Shown: positions 19,601 through 33,434, numbered from the whole stretch's first letter. The stretch is DNA of 63,304 nucleotides, filler included, from Collodictyon triciliatum (GCA_043381765.1; 5 parts of 5 records of this genome joined end to end with filler, not necessarily neighbours in it); one strand, 5' to 3'. Numbers and translations: made by a program. Notes: a model not told the origin generated them from the sequence alone.

Positions 19601-22600
19601 GGATTACATAGTCTTTTCAAATATATTGGCGAGGAAAATCGGTAAATAAATTATTCTCTTTATTTTGTAATTTCGAGAAACAAATAAAAATATATCGCGC
19701 ATTCATTTGATAGGTTTATTGAGTTATTTGAATTTTCACTTTGATATATTTTATTATATTAATTTTTGTTTTAGCAACCGACAATATATTTTCATGATTG
19801 ATGCCATCAATCAAATACTCGCATCCCAAGAAAATCCCGCCCCTTATTTTCTGAGATGGCTTCCCAAAAAAACTCCCATGAACGTCACCCTGATTGTTTC
19901 GACAATTGATACCCATCCGTCTTGCAATGTTTACAAATGATTAAATGAAAGTATAAAAATAATCATGATTTCAGTTCCAAAAATTTCCTTATTCTACCAT
20001 ATTTCTTTTTCACCGATAAAGTTTGATTTTAAAAATCAAAAGGTATTTTAAGAATCCAAGCAGCATTGCTACAAATCAAGATATTTATAATTTTGTTTTA
20101 ACATAGAATGCCGTCGATGCTGGATTGCACGCTATTCCAGTGGCAGCACTGGAACTTGAAGAAATACAAGAAAGCTCCGTCTCTTTCTTGAAAAATTATG
20201 ATAAGTCTTTAAATGAGGGACAACTCAAAATGATTTTGGATGATTATGTCGACACTGGTAAGTTTACGCGGCAAAGAAATATTTATTATTGTATTTCGTT
20301 CTTAAAAATTATCTAAATAAGGTCATCCGCTATATCTGCGACTTGTTCTGGACGAAATCCGAGTTTTTGGTGTTTATGAAAAATTGGACTCGGAACTACA
20401 CGATTTAATTGCAACCGACGGAGTAATTGAACTATACACTTTGATTATTGATCGATGGCGTACCAAGTTCAATATAGGTTGTTTTCATAATTTTTAAACA
20501 TGTATCTTGCCATTACACATTATTCACATATTCACCGATTTTATTCACTCGGCGACAGGTGCCCCGATTGTGGACGTTGGTATGAAAGTTCTCTACATAT
20601 CTCGAATCGGCTTAAGTGAATCTGATTTGGATATGTATATGGAATACATGATCGGAAACACATTTGAACATGTAGAATGGTACCTATTTCATATTTTAAA
20701 TGTTTACATACGCATACATGAAAAGCAAACGCAAATTTTAAACATAGTAACCTCATATATGAATTCAAGGAAAACATTCTTTTTTACTCTTGTTGAATCA
20801 CTGTTTGTGCGAAATGGAAGGTAACTATCACATAATTGAATTTTTTTTATTTATTTTTGTAAAACAAACTCTTTTTAGACGAATAAAGTGCAAGTAATTT
20901 TCCATTTCCTTAAATATATGTACTTTCATCAATTGCTTTTGGAAACGACCAAAAAGTATTACTTTGGGTCCGATGATTTGATTATCTCAGCCCAAAAAGA
21001 TTATGGGACTTGGTTATACGGAGTATATTCAGAACATTTGGACGCTGATGAAGATACCATATCGGAGATATGCTACCAACTTTTAATGGGAAATTGTCTC
21101 GATTTGCTAGTAGAATACCTAAAGAATGAACATGTGAGTCATCTTCTCTTTAGTTTCTCTCTTTTTTTCATTGTTTAAAAAACTAAAACTGTCCAGGTTG
21201 TTTTAGCTATGCTAAATGGTCGGTATCGGTACGAATTTTTCACCTGCTGGAGGGTTATAAACGAAAAGGGAATTGCAGATTATAGGGATGTCTACAGTGC
21301 GCATGTTAAGGTAAAAATCAAATAATGAATATCTTGGTGTCCTTTATTTCAAAAATAGGGGCTACTCTTCGAATCTATTGGTCAAAAATAAATGCACAAA
21401 TAACAGCTAAAATGGATTTTAAAATAGTCGCTGAAAAGAGTAGGGGATGTATTGGTCGACTTCTTCCTTGAATCTTATGAGAACTCGTTTTTGAGCTCTG
21501 TGCTTCGCCAAAAAATGGCAAAGCGGCCACCCGAAAGTTAGATATCTTAAATTCTACTTGAAATATAGATACAATCAGTTTATTAAGCACCAAAATTTTC
21601 ATTGATACTAAAAATCAATGCTCATATTCATGAAATAAGTTTAATTGTGCAGAGTCCGAGGCTACTGACTACCTCATTCTGGGTCGTGTCTACAGGAATA
21701 TGCAGATGTGAGGTTTTCAATCGCAATCTTTTACAAACAGCAATACCCTACATTAATAATACATAAATTGGGGAAAATAGTTGGGACGATTCGTTATATT
21801 TTTTTGAAAAATGTCTTGCGGCCATGATAAAGGACGAAAATAGAGAAAACGACCAATTAGATGCTATAGATGACGAAATCGGATTTATTTACATTAAGAA
21901 GAATAGGTAAGGTTCCAAATTGCAGCTTATTTAATACATTTAATATTATAGAATATGCACATTATTAGCATACTCCATTCGTCCAAAAATCAAATTCAAT
22001 CTAGGCTACAAGATGCTAATGAATATTTTAAGAAGTCACTGGATTTACGAGTGAAAATATATGGAGAGAATGATATCCTTGTGGCACAGTCATATGACAA
22101 TATTGGAGATACTTTTCTGCTTGAAAATGATTTGTTTTTTTGTTGTTGATACTTTCCAATAATAACCCCGATCTAAACAGACCATTGAATACATGTCTTA
22201 TAAAGGTATGCCTGCTTTCATTTAGTTACACACAAGCTCTGTACATATATAAGAAAGCTCAAGAGATTCGTTTCAAGAAAGTTGGGCAGGATGACCCTTT
22301 GGTGGCCACTTCCCTCATAAAAATCGGAGAAGTGCATCTATCGGAACAACAGTTGATTTAATTTCTAAATGAAATATGTGTAAGCATTGATTTAATGCAT
22401 TCGATGCGCTTTTGTATCAAGGTATTCTGATGCCATAAGTTCATTCGAAAAAGCGACTTTGGTTATGGAAAAATCATTCGGGGAAAAGCACCCATATGTT
22501 GGAGATGCCACCAAGTGTATCGCTAGAGTGCTTTTAGCTGAAGGAAAGTATGTGAAATTTGTTAATATTCCAAAGGCAATTATATATTATTAAAAATACT

Positions 22601-25162
22601 GAAGCTTTTTCTTTATAATAAAAGAAAATTCGAAGCTTTGGATTTGCTGAGTAAGTCCTTAAAGATATATATTGAAACGTTGGGACCTAATCATCCAAAA
22701 GTAATTGAAACATACGATATAATTGGAAGCATGAATCATGATTTAAAGAGGTATGCTGTATATTATACAGTGGGAATTGAGAAGGACTGAAAATATTAAA
22801 TTATTTCTAAATTAAATACAAATAGATTTTATCCTAAATACTGTCTATTTTTTTTAGATATTCAGAGGCTCGAGAGGCATTCGAGAAAACTAGATTGATT
22901 ACATTCAGGACTTTGGGAAAAGAACAATCCAACTACGCTACTGCTCTTGAGAACGTTGCTCGCTCAAATTTTGAATTACAAAGGTATTCCTCTCATAAAT
23001 AATTGATGCATTGAAATCAGTTGAGAAGACTATTCAATGAAGTTGTCCGGAAATATAACAAACTCTAATTTACACGGCCCTTTAGTTTTGCGCAGACAGT
23101 TGAATGTTTAAAGGAATCCACTGGTATTCGAAGCAGAACAAAAACTGTTATGATGCTTAATGATTCGAACGAAATAGAGAATATGATTTGGCTCATGAAA
23201 GATAAGAAAGAGTTCAAGTCTGTCATTTTACTCTATCAAAACTTGATAAACCTATTTAAAACGCAACAAGCCACCGATTTCCCTGGGATGTGGAATGCAT
23301 GTCAACAAATGAACGCAATATTCAAGGATAATTACTTGCACAGGGAGGCTGTAGAGTTTTGGGGTGAAATGCAAAGTTGGTTCAAAGATAAATTGAAATG
23401 GTCTCATGATTGGTCATTATTGTCTTGTGAACTTGCATCCTATCACTACAAAAAATTAGGCATGTGTAAAGATGTCGTCGAGCTCACTGGTGTTTTGGAT
23501 TTCATCTGTGTTATTTTCGAGAATCAAGACATAGCAAATCCTTACAGCCGTGAAGAAATCATCAAAGTCCTTTTTGATATCGTCCGCATTTCAAAATCAG
23601 AGCTATCGATGGCAGAATCTGCGTCAAAAGCGGTTACCATTTTGAATTTCATGAAGGTTTCTTTTGAAAAGGTGGACTTTACAGGCATTAGAATTCCAAA
23701 TGCAAATTTGACCAATTCTATAATGAATGGAGCAAACTTTAGTGATGCTGACCTTAGCGGCGTCAATTTTACCAATGCGAGTCTTGATTATTGCATATTT
23801 AATGGAGCGAACATGAATAATACACAATTTGGGTTTTCGAATGGCAGGCTTAAAGGCCATGAAAATCACGTGCTTACGGTTTGCATCGTGCATGGCCCAG
23901 ACGGAAAGTATTGGCTTGCATCTGGTAGTGAGGATGAGACAATTGTCTTGTGGAGTTTGACCACCGAAAGGCCGGTGAGGAGGATAGAGGGCAGCCTTGG
24001 TAACATATTTGCTATTTGTGAGGTACGCGGACCGAACGGTGAGTACTGGATGGCGTCTGGAAGCTCGAGCAAACTTGTTCAGGTGTGGGACGTAGTCTCA
24101 GGAACACAAGTAATGAGACTGGCTGGGCATCGAAGCTACGTCTTTGGATTGTGCTCTTTAGATGGACCCAACGGCGAAAGATGGCTAGCCTCTGCCAGCG
24201 CTGATAAGACCATTCGAATTTGGGATATGAAAACACAGAAGCAAGTGAAGGTTCTGGAGAGGCACACGGATTATGTCCGTAGTGTTTGTAGTGCTCACGG
24301 CCCCAGTGGAGAAAAATGGCTTGTCTCTGGAAGCGAAGACGAGACCGTCATCATTTGGGATTTGACGACATTCGATGCGCTTCGTATCTTGGAAGGGCAT
24401 GCAAACTCAATCAACAGCATTTGCACAATTGATGGTCCTGGAGGTGAGAAGTGGTTGGCGTCGGCAAGTGCAGACAAGACCGTTCGTATCTGGGATTTGG
24501 CTACAGGTGACCATGTAAAGACGATGCAGCGACACACAAACTTTGTTTGGAGTGTTTGCAACGTCCAAGGACCGAACGGAGAAAAATGGTTGGCCTCTGG
24601 AGGATGGGACATGGTCGTGTGCATCTGGGACTTGGCGTCAGGGAATCAGGTGAAAACGCTTGAGGGCCACGATGACGGAGTTTGGACCCTGTGCAGTATC
24701 GATGCGCCGAACAAGGAAGTATGGCTTGCCTCTGGAAGTGGGGATTTCTCAATAAAGCTATGGAATATTTCGTCTGACCGTGATATAAGCGGCACAAAGG
24801 ATCAAGTGGTAGTGTATACCGTAGGACAAAGCCCGCAAGGGAGCCAGCAATGTCGTGAGGAAAATCTGGGTGATGACTTTGAAAAAACTGAGTTTATGCA
24901 GGTTTCATTCCCCAGGATACTTTGTGGTGATTCCGCAAATATAGATGGTGTCAAGGGCTTGAGCGCATACAATAGAAATCTGCTGTATTCGGTCGGTGCA
25001 ATTTCTTTGGAAGAAAGCTTTGTCAAGTTTTGTGAGAAAATCAAGTTCACCAAAGAACAGGCCTTTGAGATGGTCAAATGCTACGAAAACGGATTGGGTG
25101 TGGACAAAAACCTCGAAAAATCCAAGGAGTGGGCCCAAAAAGCAGCCAGTTTTGACCAGTAA
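16603..25162 (+). CDS. Multi-exon NLR-like STAND protein: CH domain - DUF4062 - NACHT/AAA NTPase - TPRs - pentapeptide repeats - 7xWD40 - Sel1
   Basis: Exon 16754-16895 GLLEWVNYQL..DDMEDGFFIVLLLELITG (CH domain). RVLRIFLSSTFRDMQNERD and FIDLRWG (DUF4062, NPHP3/TEP1 type). Walker A AKSGIGKSS, FYHFVG, Walker B YIFMIDAINQ, GHPLYLRLVLDE. Kinesin-light-chain-like TPRs (VAQSYDNIG). A phase-2 splice at 23086 runs in frame into ORF 23150-25162 with pentapeptide, WD40 and Sel1 motifs. Confidence 0.85.
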
Positions 25163-26339
25163 GATGCTTCTCATAAATCAGTAAGTTTTAAAATAATAAA
25201 ATAGTAAAAATAATGACCATGACAAGCTGTGTTTGTTTTTCTGTTCCTTTTCTCCCATTACTAAGTTGCCTATGCTTTCGTGCCATTTTCATTGGACTCT
25301 TTCAATATTTGCGATTCCGCACGCAATAGAATTAAGGAAGCTCAACAACAGCCAGAACAGGAAACTAAGTTTGGAAAAGTCTTTGCCCTTAACACACGAG
25401 CGTCTATACTGCAAAGATTCACGATAAAATGACAAACAGAACTTTAATTAATGCTGATGGATTCGTTCGTTTGTTGATAGCGATTCATCAATCACGCGTC
25501 TGTGTTTGAGTGGTTGTTTACATCTTACTTTATACTGAAAAAGAAATAACGATTAGAAAGAAAAAGAAAAAGAAAAAGAAATAAAAGAAACGATAGAACA
25601 GTCCCCAACTTGCTATGTTTTTTCGAGTTTGAATTGCATGTACTCTTGTATTCGACATCACAGATACCTTTCTTATGGTTTGATAAACGACGCAGACAAA
25701 GTATGTTTTCTTGAAAAACTGTGGTGGATGAAGATGTATCTTTTTCGTTCACAAATCATTCATGGCAAAACACTAAAAGGTAAACCCGTTATTTTTTGAT
25801 GTTTTTTGGATTCGATTTACTTTAAAGTCTCTTTTACAGGCAAAGAACAGTTTTTGACAGCGAAGCAAAGTATTCGAGGACCTTTTGGGAAAAGCAGAAT
25901 CGAGCAGACACAATCCTTCCTCAATACTCGTCTCTGTTTTTTTATTATTTTTTATTTTTATTTTTATTATTGATGTTGATTTGTAATTGATTCTAGTGGA
26001 AAGAGTTTGTTTGGGTTTGTGACAAAGTCTCATTGCTGGAGATGAAGACTGAAAGAGCCTCTGAAGGAGTGCCGATTATCGGTTCGATTGGGTTAGGAAA
26101 ACCTCTTATTCTCAAGAGAATCGTCAGTTTGGGCATTTCTTCGTTTTATTTTCTGAGATTATGAGAGGAACCATTTTCTTTTTTTATGAATTTTATTTAT
26201 TTAATCCGATAGGAAAATAATTATTTCTAGAGTGTTATTATTATATTGATAGCGTATGCCAACAATGGTGTGGAACCAGACTACGTCGACAATACACCCA
26301 CGGCAAAGACATATTTTTCATTTTTTTCATTTTTGTTCA

Positions 26340-26424
26340 ATTTGATTTTGATTTTGATTTTGATTTTGATTTTGATTTTGATTTTGATTTTGATTTTGAT
26401 TTTGATTTTGATTTTGATTTTGAT
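26340..26424. repeat. (TTTTGA)n microsatellite at contig end
   Basis: Direct inspection. Confidence 0.95.
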
Positions 26425-26524
26425 NNNNNNNNNNNNNNNNNNNNNNNNNNNNNNNNNNNNNNNNNNNNTTAATTAATTAANNNNNNNNNNNNNNNNNNNN
26501 NNNNNNNNNNNNNNNNNNNNNNNN
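26425..26524. other. Artificial contig spacer
   Basis: N44-TTAATTAATTAA-N44. Confidence 0.98.
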
Positions 26525-26620
26525 AAACAAAAAACAAAAAACAAAAAACAAAAAACAAAAAACAAAAAACAAAAAACAAAAAACAAAAAACAAAAAACAA
26601 AAAACAAAAAACAAAAAACA
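26525..26620. repeat. (AAAAAAC)n repeat at contig start
   Basis: Direct inspection. Confidence 0.95.
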
Positions 26621-26825
26621 GAAGTAGCATAAAAGGACTTCGTTGCGTTAGCTATCAAAACAATTAAGCTGATCTACTTAAAGCATAATTTGTGAATAAT
26701 CTTGCAATAATTTGTGATCAGGAGTCGGATAAAAATCTATATATTTGTGAGAGAATAATATAAAAACAAATGAGGTCGCACTCATGTAAATTATTCCTCC
26801 ATAATATATTACATTTTTACAACAG

Positions 26826-29702
26826 ATGACCTCTATACTCAGTCTTTCAACCGTCATATGGTTCCTCCGTAAGTATATTGTCTCATGTGATATATCAATA
26901 CATAATTAATATATTTTCCATATAGTTTCCCTGGTTGCACCCCAGGCCAATGCCCTACGTACAGAGGCAGCCATTTTAACCACTATTACCAATCCTGGTT
27001 ATTTTCATTGCCTAGCTTTGACTCCTGACGGTAAAACAATTATCTCTGGGAATCAATACAATTTTATCGGTGTTTGGAACATAACAGATGGGAACTTGAT
27101 TCGAAAGCTATCTGGTCATACAGATTTAGTTGTAAGTTTGGCTGTAACCCCTGATGGATCAAAAATTATCTCTGGAAGCAAAGACAAAACATTAAAAATT
27201 TGGAATGTTGCGGATGGAGCTTTAACGAATTCATTGGGGGGCCACACTGACACTGTGATCGACATTTCATTTACCCCAGACAACTCGAGTTTTGTTTCAG
27301 TTGGGAACGAAGTGAAAGTTTGGGATATTTTAACCCTATCTTTGCTTCAAACTTTCAGAGTGGAATTTGTTCCGATATCAAGCGCCTCCGTTTCTCCCGA
27401 TGGCTTGTATATTCTATTAGGGATAGAAAAGGAGATCCAAGTATGGGACTTCTTAGAAGGCAAATACAATCGAACTCTTGGTCTCCAGAAATACACAGTT
27501 ACAAGTTTGTCTTTCACCCCGGATGGCTCCAGAGTAATTTCTGTAGCATTTAACGAGATTCTTGTTCGAGATTATTTAACTGGAAACTTGGAAAAGACGT
27601 TTAGTGGCCATTCACACGACATTACGAGCTCTTCGGTTACCCCCGATGGATTGAAAGTTATCACTGCTAGCAAGGATGGATCTATCAAATTGTGGAGTGT
27701 AGACGAAGGGGTCTTGATTTATTCTTTAATCGGTCACTCGGACTCTGTGGACTCTATGGTCTTAATTCCCGGAAAAGATGAAATTTTGTCAGGGGGCAGG
27801 GACAATAAAATGTGCATTTGGGATATTGCTACTGGAAGCTTGCTTGGAGCGATAGTCGGACAATATAGTAAATCAGTCTCGGTGAGTAAAACTAACTCAA
27901 ATTTAGTTAGTGGCAATAATGATGGCACTATTCATATTCTAACGGTCCCTGATGGCATTATTTCGACCACTCTAATCGGACACAAGGGTGCTATCAATTG
28001 CGTCATCTACGAATCTAGAGAAGATATCATTATATCTGGAAGTGAAGACAAAACTATACGGATTTGGAGAGATGAAGGGAGAAAATATGTAAAGCTAACA
28101 GAGCACACCGGTTCCATAACAAGTTTACACCTTACGCCGTCTGGAAAGATTGTTTCTAGTAGTGCAGATAAATCGATCATTATATGGAGTCTTGGTGGGG
28201 CATTTATTCGAAAAATAACTGGGCATACAGATTCTGTTAATGCGATAGCTGTGACCAACGACGAGACTAAAATAATGTCTGCCAGCAATGATGGTACGAT
28301 AAAATTGTGGAATTACTCGGACGGCTCCTTAATTCGCTCCATCTCTGGACACGAAGGTGGCGTTTTCTGCATCTTTATCAAAGAGGATGCGAACCAAATC
28401 GTGTCTGGTGGAGCTGATCGTTTGATTAAAGTATGGAGTATTTCTAGCGGTGCTTTAGTATATTCTTTCAGCGGCCACAAGGGAAATGTAATTAGCATCT
28501 ATTCATCTGAAAAGGGAATACTTTATTCTGGAAGCGAGGATGACTCTATTAAAATCTGGAATCTCAAAAACAGGACCTTGGTGGACACATTATCGGGTCA
28601 CGGAGATTATGTGTATGGGCTTGCAGTCAGAGAAGATAAAGACATGCTGTACTCAGTAAGCAAGGATGGGACGAAGATGATTTGGAATCTCAAAGAAGAT
28701 GAATTAGTTCGTGTATTTGGTGGGTTCAATTCCAGTATACTTTGTGCCAAATTCAGTCATGATGGTATGAGTATTATATCGGGAGCAGAAGATATGACCG
28801 TGAAAATTTGGAATGCTCTTGATGGCTCTTTGAAGAGGACACTTTATGGACATACTGATTCTGTATCGGGTGTTGCTGTTCTACCTAAAAGTGGGCAAAT
28901 AGCATCAGTGAGCTATGATAAAACGGTAAAAATATGGAGTTTGCATGATGGCTCTTTGAATCGAACGCTGACCGGGCATCGAGATTCAATTACAGGGTTA
29001 GGTGTTTCTGCTGATGGAACAAAAATAGTGACAGGAAGTGCTGATAGCTCTGCAATATTTTGGAATCTTTCTGGTCGCACTATAGTGAAGTATTGGTGCC
29101 CTCCAGTACTCAGCATCGCCCTTACGCCTGATGGCACGCTAATCATCACGGCAAATAACGACCAAACCCTCAGAATATGGGACATTGAAATGAAAAACGG
29201 AATTTTGACTTTGTTCGATAGCTCCAATATGTTCATTAGTGTTGCCGCTTGTCCTGATGGAACCAGTTTTGTAGCAGGTAGCCAAGAAGGAAATATCGAG
29301 GTCAAGAGATTACCAGATGGAAAAACTGTCAAGAAGATTGCTGCCCACAGTGGCCCAGTCTTGTCTGTGGCAGTATCTCCCGACAATACCCAAATTATTT
29401 CGTCCAGTGAAGATAGAACCACAAAAATTTGGGATTTTAATAGCGGAAAGCTGATTTTTACAACTAAAAATGTATATGAGATGCCCAAGGCAATCTCAAT
29501 CAGCCATGATAGTGCGATGTATTTGTCGGGTGATTATGGAACTCTGAGGATTTGGAAAAGGGTTGAAACTTCTCCATCAGAAGATGGTTCTGGAAAGAAA
29601 TCTTCAAATCTAGCCAAAATCTTGGGAATCGTGTCAGGAATTTTAGTTGGAGTCAGTATAGCCTTTGTGATTCGTAGGATTAAAAACCGGGTTAGGACGT
29701 AA
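26826..29702 (+). CDS. Predicted type I membrane protein with about 20 WD40 repeats, join(26826..26868,26926..29702)
   Basis: Spliced N-terminus MTSILSLSTVIWFLLSLVAPQANA|LRT looks like a signal peptide with an A-N-A cleavage site. It is followed by GH...WD/WN repeats, a C-terminal hydrophobic helix ILGIVSGILVGVSIAFVI and a basic tail RRIKNRVRT. Confidence 0.85.
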
Positions 29703-31275
29703 GTCTCATCATTTTTAACCAAATATAATTATTCTTCTTAAATATACTGCTCATGATATTGCTTCAAGCCTTTCGGAAATAACTATGTATTTCTGGAGCA
29801 AATGCTGATACTTTTTCAAAATCCATGCGTAGCGCTTGAAATATTTCAATATTGCCGTATCCACGTTCTTCGACCAACACTACTCAATAAAAAATCTTGA
29901 GATGCAACCAAAGTAAACAAAATCCGTAAAGTCAATATATTATTCCCTTATAATATAATGAAGTACAATTCAAATCACTCATTTTATAATAGAATGAATA
30001 ACTTTATTATCTTGGTTTGGACCTCACACTCTTAAGGCATGGAAAATGCCAACAAAAATAATTAAAATGCAACTTTGCAGGATTTTATATTTTCATTCTC
30101 ATTTTTTGATTTTACAGTCAAGTTCATCAAATTGATTGCCTATATTATGGACATAAAAAGATAATTAGTCTACCAGATACATATTGTATTAAAACAATAT
30201 ATTTTAATTTGCATTTACATAATTTGTTTCAATTTTAAACGATATTTAAAGTATGGCCCGGATTCATGGGGATTTGCTCCTCTATTTAATATCCGCTGCA
30301 CTGACTGTAATGGATCGAAAAACTCAAAACTAATGGCATCGATCAAATACAAAAATTATACCATAATAAATAATTTGTCAGATTGTTATGACCCATCATT
30401 AAAATAAATAAAAATAGAGCATTATGTATCAGTATTGTAACTATCTAGATATTTTTCATAATCTTTTCAAAAACTCTATTTTGATATTATTCTTTGACTT
30501 TTTTCGGTAAAAAGCTAAAAGAGTCTTGACTACCGGTAGTTTAGAAGCTGATTTCGACATCAGCGTTTTTTCACTTCCGCATTCGAGGTATTGGGTTGTA
30601 TATTACTAAAAAAAGAAAAAAATCAACATCATCTAGTAAGGAAATGGACTCGAGTGGATTTGGATGTTCGGATTGAATCACACGCAGAGTATAAAACAGT
30701 GCAGTCGATCATAGATTCTGTGAAAAATTATTTCAATATGCAATACTCTGGCGCATTCCTCTATGTATTCAACAGATAGTAAGCAATATGAATAATATTA
30801 TACATAAGATATTTGGCATGATTATTATCCAGTAAGCGTAGATTCGTCAACAGATGCAAACATATTAACATTCGACAATATCATCTCAATTATGTTTGGT
30901 CGAGTATATAATATGTTAGATGTTTTTTTTTTCAAGATTGATATTTTTTTCACTGTGCTGTTTTATCTGATTGAATGTGTAGGAAGAGAAAAACAGAAAC
31001 AATACATCCATATTGTGAATAAATCCTCCTTGTTGCTCAAAAAACATCAGCCCTCGTAATTTAAACAGGCTCCGTTGATGGTGAGAGAATGAATGCAAAC
31101 CCCTTTGGAGGTAATAATAGCAGTCGGATGAATTTAAGCATCAAACTTTGCTTTTTACATCCAGATATCTCTGGATACAGGGCTTTCAGTGAAATGAAAT
31201 GGAAATAATAATGATAGTTACAGAATACTTTATGATTGCTGTATACGATTCGAGTGCTTCTTCCCTTCTTTTTCC

Positions 31276-31279
<4 letters not shown>

Positions 31280-31373
<94 letters not shown>
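31280..31373. repeat. (ATT)n microsatellite
   Basis: Direct inspection. Confidence 0.95.
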
Positions 31374-31374
<1 letters not shown>

Positions 31375-31779
31375 GATTACCCGCGTGAACTAGACAAATG
31401 CGGAAGCGATAACCCTTTCCAATAATGGTATGTATGTACCGTCTTACTTTCGCCCGACCCAGGCTGATCCCCGTTTGCTGTTGATGTGGCAGCTGGCCAA
31501 TCCGTCTCGCCCCTCCATCAGCCTACATAATAGTCACTTTCCTCTTCGCTGTCGTAATATTCTACTATTCACACTTTCATTTACTGGCACTTTGCATTTC
31601 TTTTTTCTTTTCTTTTTCTTTTTCTTTTTTCTTTTTCTTTTTCTTTTTCTTTTTCTTTTTCTTTTTCTTTTTCTTTATGTTTATGTTTATGTTTATGGTT
31701 ATGTTTATGTTGTAATTTATTTTGCTTCTTGAAAGCAACCTCTGAAGCACGCACAGCAAGAACCACAGGACGCGAGGCC

Positions 31780-33371
31780 ATGACCGAGAACCAGAATTCG
31801 GCGGTCATAGCCGGAGGGGGTCTCTTTGCAAACGGGTCTAGACACGGTCAGGCCTCTGGACAGCAGGCGGAGATCTCTGTGTTTGGCGGGCTGGGGAATC
31901 TGTCCAACAGCAGCGCTGCAATGCTCTTCCCACCAGAGGAGATGGAAAAGACGATCACATACGAAGAGAAGTCCTACCAATTGCAGGACTACAGAGGCTT
32001 CCGCTTGATTGCCGAGGGCGGCTTTGGGTTCATCTACCACGCGCCCAACGAGACGTTTGTCATCAAGAAATCAAAGAAACCGCTTCGGCCCGATCTGCTG
32101 GCGGCCATGCAGAGGCTCTCTGTGGGGCAGTTGAATGATCCAAACCCGCAGGAGTGTGTGATTGAGTTGGAGATCTTCAAGAAAGCCAAAAGCGCTGATA
32201 TCATCAATTTTCTTGGCCATTTCATCCACCAAGGCTACGTGTGCTTTCTCCTCGAGTATGCAAACCAACAAAGTCTTACAAAGTATGTGAAGGAAAACCC
32301 TGAAAACCTCCATATGGGTATGATACTCGACCTTTCCTGGGGCTGTGCAAAAGGTCTTGCGTACATCCACAGCTTGGGCTATGAACATCGAGATATCAAG
32401 TCGGATAATTACCTTGTTTCTTCCAATATTCCGAAACTCACAGACTTTGGTCTTTCACGAAGGGAAGTAACAAACTCAGATTCATCATCCGCTGTTTCAT
32501 CCATAGTCCAGGTTGCGGGTGACTTCCGTTGGTTCGGGCCAGAAACATGCAAAGAATTCTTACAGTCCAAGATGACTGATGTCTTTGCACTTGGACTAAT
32601 ATTCTGGTTTCTGTTGAAGAGGGAGGTGCCGTTCGATGGCCAGATAGATAGATATGTTCTTAAATTCTACAACAATGACAAACGGCTTCAGATCCCCGCT
32701 GTGGCTGAGCCTTACAATCTTCTAATCCAGGCCTGTTGGAGGGAAACACCCGAAACGAGACCAAGAGCAGAAGCGATTGTAGCAGCGTTGTCTAGGTGGC
32801 GCACACATTATCAGACTACCAGGAGCATTGAGAATGTCTCTGTCGCAGAGTTGGCTGGAGAGGTTATTGGTGAAGATGACAGCCAAATGGATCCCTCATT
32901 CCGAACCCTCCTGATTGAGTCACATGTGAGTTTCAGGGTTATCAGTGCAATTTCTCGACAGAACATCACAAAGCAGGGCCTCCGTAATATGAGCATGGAT
33001 GCATTGAGGGCTGTTGTTGAAAGTAATGAGGTGGAATTATTGAACCTTGTCAACGCCCAAAAGAGATTAAACTGGAGCTCCCTAGACGACCAAGATGTGA
33101 GTATTTGTTAATTATCCCTTTTAACATTTACATTTTGGAAAGTGTAGTCGTGCACTTGTTTTTATATGAGCAGCTATTGCTTTCTTTTTTTTCTTTTTCT
33201 TTTTCTTGCCAAATTAAAATTTGAATGAAACCGATATAGTCACTCTTGTCCATTAAAAATAATGAAACATAATCTCCCATTCATCTATTTAATCGAAGTG
33301 GTTTGGAAACATGACTAATTTTATTTTACATCCCCACATCCTTACACTTTTTTATGGTTTCCTTTCTTTTC

Positions 33372-33434
<63 letters not shown>

